From a virus (taxonomy: Duplodnaviria; Caudoviricetes): DNA of 64,000 nt. The translations under genes and the position numbers were made by a program. Positions 27,258 through 37,939 of the stretch are shown here, one piece after another. The notes beneath the pieces are model-generated. The model did no database searches, was not told the DNA's origin, and saw nothing but the letters and a program-made list of their open reading frames with translations. Where the stretch lies: positions 31,666 through 95,665 of the IMG/VR virus record IMGVR_UViG_2814123113_000001, one strand, 5' to 3'. Each line of letters begins with the position of its first letter. Position 1 is the first letter of the stretch.

Positions 27258-30200
27258 CTATCCGTTGTAGATCGCGGTCGGCAGCAGCTTCACGCGGTTG
27301 ACGTACAGTTGCGGCGAGCCGCCCGCCGGGTTGGCGAAGGCCACGGGCGTGAAGTTGATGTAGCCAGAGCCGGGCAACCGCAGATGCACGGGAACCGTCA
27401 GGGTCGCCGGGTTGCCGGGTTCCACAAGCGCGGCGTCCCAGCCCGTAAAGAACGACCCGAACCCGCCGGTTACAGCCAGGTTGATCCAGAGCCCGACCTG
27501 ATTGACCAGATCGTCGTTCACAGCCGCGACGTAGTAGGTCAGTTGGATGGTCGTGTAGGCCCCGCCGCCGCCCCGAACCTCGACGCTGATCCCCGAACCG
27601 ATCACCGACGGAGATCCGGCCGACGCCGACAACAGAGTCGAGCCCGACCAATCGACGAGCCCAGCGTTCGCGATGGCCCCGGCCTTGATGTAGTAGGTAT
27701 CAAGCTGCCCCGTCACCAAGCGGTCGGCCGTGATCGAGAACGCCGAGACCTTGTCAGCCGTGACCGCGCCAGCCGCCAGCTTGTCGGTCGAGACAGCGCC
27801 CGCCCCGATATAAGCCGCGCTCACGGTCCCGGCGGTCAGCCGGTCGCCCGTAATCGAGCCCGCCGCGATTTCGTTCGCCGTCACCGCCCCGGCCGCCAGC
27901 TTGGTGGTCGTGATGGCGCCTGACTGGATTTCCAGCGCCGAGACAGCGCCCGCCGCGATCTTGCCCGCCGCCACGGACCCAGCCGCCAGCTTGGGGGTCT
28001 GGATCGAGCCGTCCTGAATTTGCGTCGTGGTGATCTGGCCAGCGAGCTTGACCGCCGACAGCGCCGCAATCTGGCTATCGCCGATCGTGCCGGCGATGTC
28101 GGCCGCCGCCACGCCCGTGACCCAGGCCCCGGCCACATAGCGATAGAGCTTGCCGTCGCTCGCCACGCGGATGGTCTTGGGGCCAGCGTAGCCCGAAGGG
28201 CTGGGCAGGGTCGGGAAGACGCCGACCGGTTCAAGATCGGCTGGGAAGTCGGCGATTGCGAGACTGTCGGTCGTGGCTGCGAACATGTCCGTCGGCCCGG
28301 CCGGGTACCAACCCGAGACGTTGCCCGAACGGTCGATCGCTCGAAGGGCGTAGTAGCGGGTTACACCGCTATCCAGACCCGATCGCGTCCAGCCGTTGCG
28401 ACCGCCGGCGTATCCCGCGACCGTGGCCACCTTCTGCGCCGTGAACCGATCATTCCAGCTAGATTCCCAAAGCTCGATCTTGTCGAGATCCGCGTCTGAC
28501 GGATCGGTCCAGCGCAGGAAGATCGAGCCCATGGACGTGTCGGCCGAGATCGAAGACGGCGCCCCTGGCGGCGTGGTGTCCGGCGTCAGGGGCGGCGCGA
28601 CAAGGGCGCCCGTCGTCAAGGTGATCCAGCTGCTGGGCGTGATCGCCCGTCCAGGCGCGCCGAGGGGCACCAGGCGCACCTGGATCACGCCGGATGACGG
28701 CACGCCGGCGGTCACGTTCATGACGCCCGCACTGACCTCGCCGGTCGTCGTCGGCGTCACGTCCGTTCCGCCGTTCGGCCGGATCTCGGCGCGGATCTGG
28801 GTGATCGCCGCGTCCACCGGCGTTGTCCAGGACACGCGAACGGCGGGCAGCGCGCTGCCGTCCGTCCCCGTCAAGGTGATCGCCGTCGCCGCAACACCCG
28901 CCAGGGCCAAAGCCCCCACCGGCGTGACGACGGGCGTCGGCGCAGGCTCTACCGCCAGGGCGCCGAAGCCATAGACCGCATAGGCGGTTTCCTCGAGCAC
29001 CAGGGTGTTCCGCCAGGCCTCGTCGAGCGCGTACTTGTTGACGCGCATGGTGACCGTCTCGCCCTTGGTCCGGTAGTCGGACGTGTAGGTGATCCAGTCG
29101 CCTTCCTCGAGGCCGGCGAATTTCGGCGGCAGGGTCAGCAGGCCGCGCCGCTCGAGGCGGGCGCCGCGCCGCTTGATCTCGCCGATCCGCAGCGCCTGGC
29201 TGCGATGGCGCACCAGGTTCAGCGAGAGAGAGGTCTCCTTAGGGCCGCCGTCGCTCAGAATGTCGGTGTCGTCGCGCAGCACGCCCGCCGTCGTCATGGC
29301 GAACTTCTGGCTGGGTTCGACATAGCTGACGACCACGCTGTTGATGCGGTCCGCGTCGGAAACCTCGTTTGACCACTGCACCGATCCGCCGACGACCAGG
29401 TCATCATCGGTGATCGCCGCGACAGGCGACTTGGCTTGGCCTGGCTCGACCGCCACGCCGCCCTCCGGCTGGATCACAAAGCCGGCCATGGCGTCGGCGA
29501 ACCACTGCTCAACCGTGTTGAAGTCCTGGTCGGCGCTGATCACCCCGCCGACACGGTAGCGCGGCTCGTTATAGGTCAGGCCGGTCGCCGTGTCGGTCCA
29601 GGAGACGACCTCGTCACAGAGGTTCGCGGGCGCGAAGACGCGGGCGGGCGGGGCCTCATAGGCCGACAGACCCCGACCCAGCATCAGCGACGCGGGCTGA
29701 TCCACCTGGTCCAGGAAGTAGACGCCGCGACTGATGTTGTATCGGCAGATCTCTGTGTTTTCGGTCCACTCGCGGGTGCTGGGATCATCCCAGCGATGCG
29801 CACCTGAACCGCCCGGGACCGTGCTGTCCTTGCGCGGGTCGTAGCAGAGCAGGCCCTTGACCACCCAAAGGAAGCTGGGGCGCCCCGTGGTCCAGATCGG
29901 GTTCTTCGCATCGGGGGCGTCGGCCTTGTAGGCCACGATCACCCGCGCCACGCCTTGCAGCGCGCCCGTGGCGGTCGCTGGGCCCAGGCCCGAGAGGTCT
30001 GAGGGCAGCGCGGCGTCGGTCGCCGTCCCGGCGCGCCAGTAGACGCGCAGCTGGTTGTTATAGCCGGCGACAAAGCCGTCACCCGAAAAGGCGCGATAGT
30101 TGTCGCCCTCATAGAAGCCGACCAGGCTGTGGCAGCGGTGATCAGCCACGGCGATCACCAAGACGTTCCAGTCCGTGCCGTTCGCACCGCCGAACCAATA

Positions 30201-30548
30201 GGCGTCAACAAGCGAGCCGCCCGTCCCGGCCTCGCCCACGATCGCTTCGCGGGGAACCTCGCCCACCGACAGCTGCTGGACCGAGGCCTGCCGATCGCGC
30301 GCGGCGGCGGCCTTGGAGCCGCTCACCTTGGACAGCGCGAAGGTGGCGGCGGCCTGATAGAGGATCGAGCCGTAGACGACCAGGAAGTTGCCGACCGCCG
30401 CCGCGATACCGGCCCCGGCGACGACATTGATCGCCGAGACAATCAGCGTGGTGATTGGGTCGGCATGCGCCATCGTCGGCGCCGCCAGGGCCACGACCGC
30501 CGTGACCGCGAAGACGCGCAGGCGCGCAGCGTGCTTTGGGGAGATCAT
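27258..30548 (-). CDS. tail tip / host specificity protein (J-like)
   Basis: VKGLLCYDPRKDST, FN3-like domain, (I/L)xAGAVT repeats. Confidence 0.88.
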   Translation of the reverse strand: MISPKHAARLRVFAVTAVVALAAPTMAHADPITTLIVSAINVVAGAGIAAAVGNFLVVYGSILYQAAATFALSKVSGSKAAAARDRQASVQQLSVGEVPREAIVGEAGTGGSLVDAYWFGGANGTDWNVLVIAVADHRCHSLVGFYEGDNYRAFSGDGFVAGYNNQLRVYWRAGTATDAALPSDLSGLGPATATGALQGVARVIVAYKADAPDAKNPIWTTGRPSFLWVVKGLLCYDPRKDSTVPGGSGAHRWDDPSTREWTENTEICRYNISRGVYFLDQVDQPASLMLGRGLSAYEAPPARVFAPANLCDEVVSWTDTATGLTYNEPRYRVGGVISADQDFNTVEQWFADAMAGFVIQPEGGVAVEPGQAKSPVAAITDDDLVVGGSVQWSNEVSDADRINSVVVSYVEPSQKFAMTTAGVLRDDTDILSDGGPKETSLSLNLVRHRSQALRIGEIKRRGARLERRGLLTLPPKFAGLEEGDWITYTSDYRTKGETVTMRVNKYALDEAWRNTLVLEETAYAVYGFGALAVEPAPTPVVTPVGALALAGVAATAITLTGTDGSALPAVRVSWTTPVDAAITQIRAEIRPNGGTDVTPTTTGEVSAGVMNVTAGVPSSGVIQVRLVPLGAPGRAITPSSWITLTTGALVAPPLTPDTTPPGAPSSISADTSMGSIFLRWTDPSDADLDKIELWESSWNDRFTAQKVATVAGYAGGRNGWTRSGLDSGVTRYYALRAIDRSGNVSGWYPAGPTDMFAATTDSLAIADFPADLEPVGVFPTLPSPSGYAGPKTIRVASDGKLYRYVAGAWVTGVAAADIAGTIGDSQIAALSAVKLAGQITTTQIQDGSIQTPKLAAGSVAAGKIAAGAVSALEIQSGAITTTKLAAGAVTANEIAAGSITGDRLTAGTVSAAYIGAGAVSTDKLAAGAVTADKVSAFSITADRLVTGQLDTYYIKAGAIANAGLVDWSGSTLLSASAGSPSVIGSGISVEVRGGGGAYTTIQLTYYVAAVNDDLVNQVGLWINLAVTGGFGSFFTGWDAALVEPGNPATLTVPVHLRLPGSGYINFTPVAFANPAGGSPQLYVNRVKLLPTAIYNG

Positions 30549-30943
30549 CAGCCCGCGCTCCACGCCAGAACCATGGCGGATCTCGGCAAGCGCTCTTGTC
30601 CGCGCTCGCCGGGCCCCACCAGGGTGTCACCTTCAACGATGGCCAGCTGCAGCCGGCCTTCCAGATCCCGCCAGCCGGCGACATCGCCGCGCTGGGCATG
30701 CCCAGGGGCGACCGGCGTCAAGACGGCGCCCACCGCCGCCTCCAGGCCGCCCAGGCTGGCGATCAGCCGGGTCGCCTCCGCAGCCGATCGCCATTGGCCG
30801 CGATAGACCGCCAAGGGATCCTCGCCCGTCAGCGCCTGGACCGCGCCCGCCGCGAAGGTGACGCAGTCGTGCTCTCCCCATGCGAACGGCGTTCGCATGT
30901 GCGACGCCACAAACAAGTGCAGCGCCTCGTAATCGCGGACCAT
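30548..30943 (-). CDS. NlpC/P60-like tail protein (DUF6950-like)
   Basis: PFAWGEHDCVTFAA...AQRGDV. Confidence 0.8.
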   Translation of the reverse strand: MVRDYEALHLFVASHMRTPFAWGEHDCVTFAAGAVQALTGEDPLAVYRGQWRSAAEATRLIASLGGLEAAVGAVLTPVAPGHAQRGDVAGWRDLEGRLQLAIVEGDTLVGPGERGQERLPRSAMVLAWSAG

Positions 30944-30954
30944 GGCGGGCCGTC

Positions 30955-31587
30955 CTACTCTTGGAATTTGTCGAGGTAGCCGCCGGCAACGACGGCCGGA
31001 TAGGTCACGGACGTGACAGTCGAGGGGATCTTACCGCCCCAGTAGATGGTCTTGGTTCCGGCGTAGCTGACGGCCTTGAAACCATCGTCGCCTGGAGCGT
31101 TCAGCTGCTGGTCGGCGGCGCTTCGCATGCGACCGCGGAATCGCCCCAGCCCGCGCGCTGCGCCCTCGATCATGGCGCTCAGCGTCGCTTCGCCGCCCAC
31201 CGTCTCGTCGCTCACCAGCTGGTCAAGCCGGCCTCGCGTAAACACCTTGGCGTCCAGCAAGGTCTGGCCATTGCGATCAAACAGCAGCCGCCAGATGACC
31301 GTCGGCGCGTTGCGGATGGCGGTCTGGTCCAGCAGCGCCAGGACGGCAGGCTCGAGGCCGCTCAGCGTCAAGGTCGTTTCCTGCGCTGCGCCGCCCAGGG
31401 CGCCGGCCGAGACCTGAGCCAGGCCCCGATCGCCGATGCCCTGAAAGACCAGGTCGCCCAAGGTCAGAACGCCAAAGCCGCCCCAGACCTGCACCGGGTT
31501 GGGCGCGGTGACGATCTGCACCGCCCCGGTGACAATGGCCCCGCCAGCCTCCAGCGCCTCGAGCGCCGCCGTTGAGAACACCTTCAT
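30955..31587 (-). CDS. minor tail protein
   Basis: Position; DQQLNAPGDDGF...IYWG. Confidence 0.75.
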   Translation of the reverse strand: MKVFSTAALEALEAGGAIVTGAVQIVTAPNPVQVWGGFGVLTLGDLVFQGIGDRGLAQVSAGALGGAAQETTLTLSGLEPAVLALLDQTAIRNAPTVIWRLLFDRNGQTLLDAKVFTRGRLDQLVSDETVGGEATLSAMIEGAARGLGRFRGRMRSAADQQLNAPGDDGFKAVSYAGTKTIYWGGKIPSTVTSVTYPAVVAGGYLDKFQE

Positions 31588-32267
31588 GACGCCAGGTCCT
31601 GGATGCCGGCCACAACGCCCGAAATGGATCCGCTTCGATCGACGTCGCCGAGCTCGGTCTCGCCGGGGATCAACTTCATCAGGCAGGCCGGGTTGTCGAA
31701 ATGCGCCACCGCGCCCGGCGGGACGATCAGATGCACGGCCGGCCGGACGATGAGCTCCGCCCAACCTTCGCCGGTCGCTTGTGCCGCCGCCTGGACGCGC
31801 ACCAGGGCGCGCCGGTCTTCGCCGCCCGTGGTCCAGCGGAAGCCGACATAGTCGCCCAGGCTGAGAACCATGTTGGCGGGCAAGCCCGACAGCACCAGCT
31901 GGGGCTCATTCTCCGAGCTCGTCGCCCTGGACCAGGTCGACGCCGCCCCATCGAAAGCCCCGCCGGCGGCGCGCGCCAGGCCCGCCAGCTGGGTCTCGAG
32001 ATAGGCCAGAGGGTAGGGGCGGCGATAGTCACGGCCCAGGAAGTAGCGGCCCGGGCCGTCCAGGCGGTTGACGAAGGCTCGCCACTCGTCCGACCCGGGC
32101 GCGCCCAGGCCCTTGCCCAGGGTGTACTTGCCGTACCAGAGCGGCCAGCCAGAGGCGACGGACGACACGCGCGCGCCCGATGTTGGCGACAAGCGATCGA
32201 CGCGGCGAGGCTCGAACGTTATCGCGCCAGGCCCCTTGGAGGGCATGGCGAGCGGGAACGTGGGCAT
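31584..32267 (-). CDS. distal tail protein
   Basis: Follows the tape measure gene. Confidence 0.7.
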   Translation of the reverse strand: MPTFPLAMPSKGPGAITFEPRRVDRLSPTSGARVSSVASGWPLWYGKYTLGKGLGAPGSDEWRAFVNRLDGPGRYFLGRDYRRPYPLAYLETQLAGLARAAGGAFDGAASTWSRATSSENEPQLVLSGLPANMVLSLGDYVGFRWTTGGEDRRALVRVQAAAQATGEGWAELIVRPAVHLIVPPGAVAHFDNPACLMKLIPGETELGDVDRSGSISGVVAGIQDLAS

Positions 32268-32278
32268 GTCGGCTCCTG

Positions 32279-34684
32279 TTAGACTCTGCGCCGGTTCTTG
32301 GCGTCGATATAGGCGGCGACCGCGTTCTCCTTGAACGCCTTACGGTCCCGGTCGATCTCCACGCGGATGGCGCGGATTTCCTCGGCCGTACCCTGCAGGC
32401 GATAGGTCGGGCTGTAGTGGAAATTGACCACTTCCCCCGGCGAGGCGTTGGCGGCCCGGCCGGCCAGGCTCTGCAGCATCGACTGCGTCGCAGCGGCGGT
32501 GCGGACGCCCGCGCCACGCGGCAGATCGACGATTTCCGGCCCGTACTCGCCGACCAGCGATAGTCCGCCCGGCGCGTAGTCAGTCCCGGTGGCGAAGGCG
32601 AACTTCGGAAGCAGTTTGGAAGCCAAGGCTACCAGTTTGCCGGGCTTGCCTCCGGGTTCATCCGATCCGAACAAGTTGGTCGCAAAGCTACGCGCTAGGG
32701 CGTCGGCCGCCGCATACTTCAGGCGATCGCGGAACGCGTCCCAGAAGTTGCCCGACATGATCCCAGACATCAGGCCGTCCTCGAACGCGGACCTGGTCGA
32801 AAGCCTGAAGCGCTCGATGTACTCATCCATCGCGCTGAAGGGCTTGATGTTCGCGTCTTTGAGAGCCGCCGCGATGCGAGCGTCCGCCGAGACGAAGCCG
32901 TCAGGATTAGAAAGCCCCTTGGCCCTGGCCTCCGCCTCGGCGCTCATCTCCGCAGTGATCTGCGCCCGTGCGTTGGCGGTCGCCTGAGTGAGGTTGAAGC
33001 CCTCGCGCAGATAGCGATTGATCTCGTCCTGCAGGCGACCTTGACGCTCGAGGTAGTCGAGGGTGCTTTCGTCGCCGCGCGCCTGGGCGATGCGACGCAG
33101 GTTGTCGACCGCGTGATCGGCTCGCATCCCGTCCAAGCGAATGGCCTCCTCGGCCTCGCGCTCAGCCTTCCGGGCGTCGCTCTCGCGCTTGCGATCGGCC
33201 CGGCTCCCCTCGCGTAATGCCTTGTTGTGCGCGGCCTCCAACTTGGTGGCCATGTCGGCCGCAGAGCCGTAGCCCTTTTTCAGAGCGTCGATGTCGGCCT
33301 GGATTGCCTTCGCGGTCGTATCGCCTCGGTCTCCGCCCAGCCCGAGGTACTTCGTCAGCTCATTCTGCTTGTCCTGCAGGGCCTGGACCTTGGGGTCGCG
33401 GTACCGAGCCGAGATCGCAGCCCGGTCGGTGTCACGGACGTTCGCCGCAACCCTAGCCTGCTCAGCGACCTGGGCGCTGATCCGACCGCGCACCGTTCCG
33501 ATCTCTTGATCGATCTCTTGCGTCGACCATCCCTTGATCCGCGCCATGTTGCGCTGATCCAGGAGCTGCTTGAGCTTTTCCTGATCAGTGCCGCCGCCCA
33601 TGGCGACCGCGATCGCGCGACCAACCTTGCGCCAAACATCCTCGGCCGTTCGACCCAAGCCCTGAAGAACGTAGTCCCAACCCGAAGTCGCAGTCGTTGC
33701 ATCGACCAAGCGCCTGTTGAGGCCGTCGATCATCCGCTGCTGCGCTTCCGTCTCGCGACCGGAGTCGTAGAGGTTCTTGATATGCTCAAGCTCAGCTGCA
33801 TTGAGGAAATGCAAACGGTCGTTCAGCTCTTCCGCACCCTTCGAACCCGTTGAAAAGTGTTTGGCTAGGTCTTGGGTTGCGGCGTCGATGTCCTGTTTGG
33901 TCGTAAGCGCATATCGCTTGGTCAGGCCGATCAGATCGCCGAGTACTTGGCCTCCGACCTTGCCGGTGTCGATATAGGCCATGGCCATGTTGGTCGCAGA
34001 GGTGACACTGACATCGCCCGCGTCAGCGCCAGCGCGGGCATATCCGTCCAACTGCGCCGCCGATATCTGCAGAGCAGCCCCGAAGCCCGCGACGGAGGCA
34101 TTCACCTTGACCTGCTGGTTCTCGTACTGTGCGCCGGCCGCGCCAAGCGCGATCACCGCCGCGCCCGTCGCGGTGACAGCTGCGCCCAGAGCGATGACGG
34201 CAGGAGTGGCCTTGATGCCCGCCTGGGCCATTGCGTCCAGGATCTGCGGACCCTGTTGGATGGCGATCAGCGCGGGGTCCATCCCCATCATGCCGGTCGT
34301 GAAGACATCGGCGCCCTGACGGGCCAAGTTGAGCCGCCCGGCGCGCTGGCCACGCGTCAGCGCTTTTCCGCCGAGCTCGTCGCCGGTCATGAAGTCTGAG
34401 GCCTTGAAGCCTGTTCCACGACCGACGCCGAGCGCCTCGTTCACCCGCCGCTGCGCTTCTTCGGCACGCTCGGCCTCGCGGGCGGCGTTCGCCAGCGCCT
34501 TGTATTTGGTGATCTGGCGGTCGGTGAGCTCGCCGTTGTTCTGCAGGCTCCTGGCGGTGCGGCCGAAGGCTTCCGCGCCCCGATCGCCGGCGTTTTGCAG
34601 CGCATCGCCGACGTCGCGCGCGTCGCGCTGCAGCTCGGCCTTGCCGTCCGCTTTCAGACGATAGGAAATCTGGCGCGTCGTCAT
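32279..34684 (-). CDS. tail tape measure protein
   Basis: NLARQGADVFT...IAIQQGPQI (lambda H-like); FATGTDYAPGG...VGEYGPE. Confidence 0.9.
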   Translation of the reverse strand: MTTRQISYRLKADGKAELQRDARDVGDALQNAGDRGAEAFGRTARSLQNNGELTDRQITKYKALANAAREAERAEEAQRRVNEALGVGRGTGFKASDFMTGDELGGKALTRGQRAGRLNLARQGADVFTTGMMGMDPALIAIQQGPQILDAMAQAGIKATPAVIALGAAVTATGAAVIALGAAGAQYENQQVKVNASVAGFGAALQISAAQLDGYARAGADAGDVSVTSATNMAMAYIDTGKVGGQVLGDLIGLTKRYALTTKQDIDAATQDLAKHFSTGSKGAEELNDRLHFLNAAELEHIKNLYDSGRETEAQQRMIDGLNRRLVDATTATSGWDYVLQGLGRTAEDVWRKVGRAIAVAMGGGTDQEKLKQLLDQRNMARIKGWSTQEIDQEIGTVRGRISAQVAEQARVAANVRDTDRAAISARYRDPKVQALQDKQNELTKYLGLGGDRGDTTAKAIQADIDALKKGYGSAADMATKLEAAHNKALREGSRADRKRESDARKAEREAEEAIRLDGMRADHAVDNLRRIAQARGDESTLDYLERQGRLQDEINRYLREGFNLTQATANARAQITAEMSAEAEARAKGLSNPDGFVSADARIAAALKDANIKPFSAMDEYIERFRLSTRSAFEDGLMSGIMSGNFWDAFRDRLKYAAADALARSFATNLFGSDEPGGKPGKLVALASKLLPKFAFATGTDYAPGGLSLVGEYGPEIVDLPRGAGVRTAAATQSMLQSLAGRAANASPGEVVNFHYSPTYRLQGTAEEIRAIRVEIDRDRKAFKENAVAAYIDAKNRRRV

Positions 34685-35079
34685 GACGGGGGCGGGCTCC
34701 AAGCATAGGTGATGAAGCCCTCCACGCCGGGCAGGACCTCGGCGATCAGGGCGGTGTCGGCGCCGCGCGCCTGGGCCAGGGCGAGGATGGCCCCGAAGTC
34801 CAGGCCGACCACGCCGCCCATGGGGGCGCATCGCACCTGGTGAGCGCAGTCCACGATCAAGCCCCAGGCCTCATCGAGCTCAGGGCTCGGCGGCGCGGAC
34901 TGAACAGCCGGCTCGCCGTCAGGGCCGGGCGCGAGGACGGACGTCAGCGGACAGCCCTCGCAAGGCGTTTCACACGCCCCGCAGTAGTCGCGCCCGCCCC
35001 AGCGGCTGACGAAGGGTTCGCTATCCTCTAGGCCTCCGCCGGCGAACCACCAGCGTGCGGAGGCGACGAGACGTTTTTT
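34681..35079 (-). CDS. tail assembly chaperone GT extension via -1 frameshift
   Basis: Slippery A AAA AAC at 35079-35073; -1 frame open to TGA at 34681 and overlapping the tape measure start. Confidence 0.8.
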   Translation of the reverse strand, partial: KKRLVASARWWFAGGGLEDSEPFVSRWGGRDYCGACETPCEGCPLTSVLAPGPDGEPAVQSAPPSPELDEAWGLIVDCAHQVRCAPMGGVVGLDFGAILALAQARGADTALIAEVLPGVEGFITYAWSPPPS

Positions 35080-35441
35080 ACCGCCTCCCGATCCAGGGCG
35101 GGGACGACGTACTGGCTCTTGATCGCGGTGAAGACCTCGAAGTCATCCTCGATCAACTGCTCGAGCGCGCCCAGAAGATCGCGGCTGAAGGCCACCGGCT
35201 CGGAGTCCGCGCCGTCGACGCCGATGCCCTCCCAGCCGACGACGCCGGCGACCGCCGCGCCCAGCACATAGGCCACGTCGGCCAGGTCCTCGTCGCCGGT
35301 CTCCTCGAAGGCCTTGCGATAGCGGCGCACCGCCGCCAGGCGCACGCCCGACTTCCACGGGCGCATGATCAGCCGGCCGCCCTGCGGAAGGTCGACCGTG
35401 GCGTTTTCGGGCGACGATGGCCCGGTTCTCAGGTTCAGCAT
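35028..35441 (-). CDS. tail assembly chaperone G
   Basis: Between tail tube and tape measure genes; slippery site near the 3' end. Confidence 0.8.
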   Translation of the reverse strand: MLNLRTGPSSPENATVDLPQGGRLIMRPWKSGVRLAAVRRYRKAFEETGDEDLADVAYVLGAAVAGVVGWEGIGVDGADSEPVAFSRDLLGALEQLIEDDFEVFTAIKSQYVVPALDREAVKNVSSPPHAGGSPAEA

Positions 35442-35491
35442 GGAGGCTCCTGGGCGACCGATGCGAACGGCGTTCGCATCGGCGCGCGGGG

Positions 35492-36784
35492 TTAGGCGTA
35501 GCTGGCGACGTCGTTCACCAGGGTGATGATCAGGGTCTTACCCAGGGTCGGGTGGCGGTAGGCCGTGCCCTCATAGGTCTGCTGGATGCCCGCAGGCCCG
35601 CTGACGGGCTTGGCGACCATCGCGGGGATCCGCAACGAGGGAAGGCGGATCTTGAGCGAAGCCGCCGCCCGGCGCCAACGGAAGGCCAGGTCGAGATCCT
35701 TTCGAGCCCGGGCTAGGTCGTAGTAGAGGCGATCCTTGAAGCGCATGGTCATGCGTGCGCCGGCCTGGAATTGACCCGGATCCGCACCGTCGATCCGACC
35801 GTCCTCACGGACGTTCTCGGCGATTTCCAAATTGTTGTTCCAGTTGACCTCGCCCGAGACGAGCTCGGCCAGCGGGACGCCGCGATCCAGGATGTCGCCG
35901 GCGCCCTGGGCGAACCGCTCGACCACGCCATTGTTGAACACGGTCGGCACGCCGGCGGCCGTCGTGTCGGTCGCCAGCTTTTCACCCTGCGCGATCACGG
36001 CCTGGACCATGTTCAGCAGGCCAGAGCGCTGCAGGCCGATCGAGCCGGTGTTCGCCATGACGCCGTAGTTCATATGGAACGAGGGCACTTCCGGATGGCC
36101 GATCTCGATCGCGGCGTTCGGCAGGGCCAGGGCGCCGGACGTGAAGACGTGATTGTAAGGCCCAGTCGCAGACCCGCCCGAAAGCGTAGCCCCTGAGACC
36201 GAAGCGGCGGAGGCGGCCAGGGCGAAGGTGTTGCCGGTCGTGCCGATCGTCTTGTGTTCGATCGAGACGCTCTTGAACTCCCGGTCGGTGGAATAGCTGG
36301 CGGCGGCGACGCCGGCGACGGCGCTTTCGTTCAGCGCCCAGACCGTGTTGCGGATGGTGTCTGCCAGCGTTGCGCCGATCAGGATCTGGTTCGCAGTCGG
36401 CGCCGACGTTTTGAACGTGAAGACCTGGCCGCCCACGGTGATGGTGTCATTCGCGGCCGGGTTGGCGTTGAACGTAATCGAGCCGATCGCCGGATAGCCT
36501 TGCGTAGTCGCCGGCGCGCCGAAGTGCAGCCGCAGCCACAGACCCAGCAGGCGCGTATCGACCGGCACCGTCATGGACGCGCCATTGTTGATGACGTCGT
36601 CGGTGGGCTGGTTTGGCTCGCGGCCGGAGCCCAACAGGTCATCGGGGATCAGGCCCTGCTTGTCGCCCAGGTCGCCGAGATCCGCGCCCTCGATGTTGTA
36701 GAAGCCCGAGGCCGGAACGGCCCCATAGGTCGATGCGAAAGCGAGCGCCGCCAGGACGTTCGCACCACGAGCTCGAGCGCCCAT
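35492..36784 (-). CDS. major tail tube protein
   Basis: MGARARGAN, IEIGHPEVP, REDGRIDGADPG. Confidence 0.85.
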   Translation of the reverse strand: MGARARGANVLAALAFASTYGAVPASGFYNIEGADLGDLGDKQGLIPDDLLGSGREPNQPTDDVINNGASMTVPVDTRLLGLWLRLHFGAPATTQGYPAIGSITFNANPAANDTITVGGQVFTFKTSAPTANQILIGATLADTIRNTVWALNESAVAGVAAASYSTDREFKSVSIEHKTIGTTGNTFALAASAASVSGATLSGGSATGPYNHVFTSGALALPNAAIEIGHPEVPSFHMNYGVMANTGSIGLQRSGLLNMVQAVIAQGEKLATDTTAAGVPTVFNNGVVERFAQGAGDILDRGVPLAELVSGEVNWNNNLEIAENVREDGRIDGADPGQFQAGARMTMRFKDRLYYDLARARKDLDLAFRWRRAAASLKIRLPSLRIPAMVAKPVSGPAGIQQTYEGTAYRHPTLGKTLIITLVNDVASYA

Positions 36785-36799
36785 GTCAGTTCTCCGTGG

Positions 36800-37219
36800 T
36801 TAGAGGGTGTACTCGGCGATGAGGCTCGCCAGACCTGTTTCGAGGGCCTGGGCCTCGCTGATCGGAACCGGGACGCTCGCGACCTCCGAGAGGTCCAGAA
36901 AATCGACGAGGCCGGTCAGGAACCGATCGGCTTTGACCATGGCCTTCACGCGGCCGTGGATGGCGTGGATCTCGGCGACGCCGCCGATCCTGCTGGGGAC
37001 GATCTCCAGCGGGATTTCGTGGCGGTAGGTTTTCGGGCCGCCCAGCAGCTCCTCGACCGGAGGGCCTGGGTCGCCGTCGAACATGTTGACGCGCGCGACC
37101 TCGGCGGGGTCTGCGGCCGTGAAATCGTTGCGGGCGAACTCAATGTCGCCCAAGGCCGATTTGAGCGCGGCCTCGAGGCCTTCCAGGATCTGCAACTGGC
37201 GCGGCGCAGTGACCGGCAT
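36800..37219 (-). CDS. tail terminator-like protein
   Basis: Position; DGDPGPP motif. Confidence 0.65.
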   Translation of the reverse strand: MPVTAPRQLQILEGLEAALKSALGDIEFARNDFTAADPAEVARVNMFDGDPGPPVEELLGGPKTYRHEIPLEIVPSRIGGVAEIHAIHGRVKAMVKADRFLTGLVDFLDLSEVASVPVPISEAQALETGLASLIAEYTL

Positions 37220-37222
37220 GGC

Positions 37223-37939
37223 CTATCTCCAATGCTTTGACAGCAGGCCCTCCCAGCGCAGGTTCGCCCGCTGGACCGGCCCGGTGAAATCGAGGCGCTT
37301 GGGCAGGCGCACCTGGCGCAGCAGCGTAAAGACCACGATGGTCCGACCGGCCGGGCCGTACAGCTTCGCGCCTCGCCCCCGGCCCGTGTAGGGCACCGCG
37401 CGAGATCCGCGACTGCTGCGCTCACGCTGGGCGTTGTCGACCACCAGCAGGGCCTTGGCCGGGCCTTGCGGCACAAACCGCAAATTCATCCCGGTGCGGC
37501 GCTCAAAGCCCGCCGGCGTGATGCGCGCCTGCTGAGATCCGCGCCCGCGTGTCGGCGCTCCGGGAACCGGCGCGCGCTTGCCCGCCGCATCGGTCGGGAT
37601 AGCCAGCCAGCCGCCGCGACGCGCCGAGATTGCAACGCCCTTCTCGAAGGCGTCCAGCAGCACAGCGGCCGGCGTTCCGACCGTGGGCGCGCCCAGGCGA
37701 GGGCCTCGCACATAGACCCAGCCGGCCGGGTCGAGGCTGGCCCCGACCTCCGGATAGGCCTTCATGCGCCAGACCTTCGGCAGGCGCGCGCTCATCAGAC
37801 CGGCTTGGGTCTCGGCGCGAAGGTCATCGCGAAAAAGCGTGACGGCCTCGCGCATAGCCCGGGTCTGGATCTGCGCCAGGTCGTCTTCCAGGCCGCTGGC
37901 GATATCCTTGGAGCGGGGGCCTTGCAGCGAGGGGCGCAT
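37223..37939 (-). CDS. neck/tail completion protein (DUF6441-like)
   Basis: WLAIPT...QVRLPKRLD. Confidence 0.7.
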   Translation of the reverse strand: MRPSLQGPRSKDIASGLEDDLAQIQTRAMREAVTLFRDDLRAETQAGLMSARLPKVWRMKAYPEVGASLDPAGWVYVRGPRLGAPTVGTPAAVLLDAFEKGVAISARRGGWLAIPTDAAGKRAPVPGAPTRGRGSQQARITPAGFERRTGMNLRFVPQGPAKALLVVDNAQRERSSRGSRAVPYTGRGRGAKLYGPAGRTIVVFTLLRQVRLPKRLDFTGPVQRANLRWEGLLSKHWR

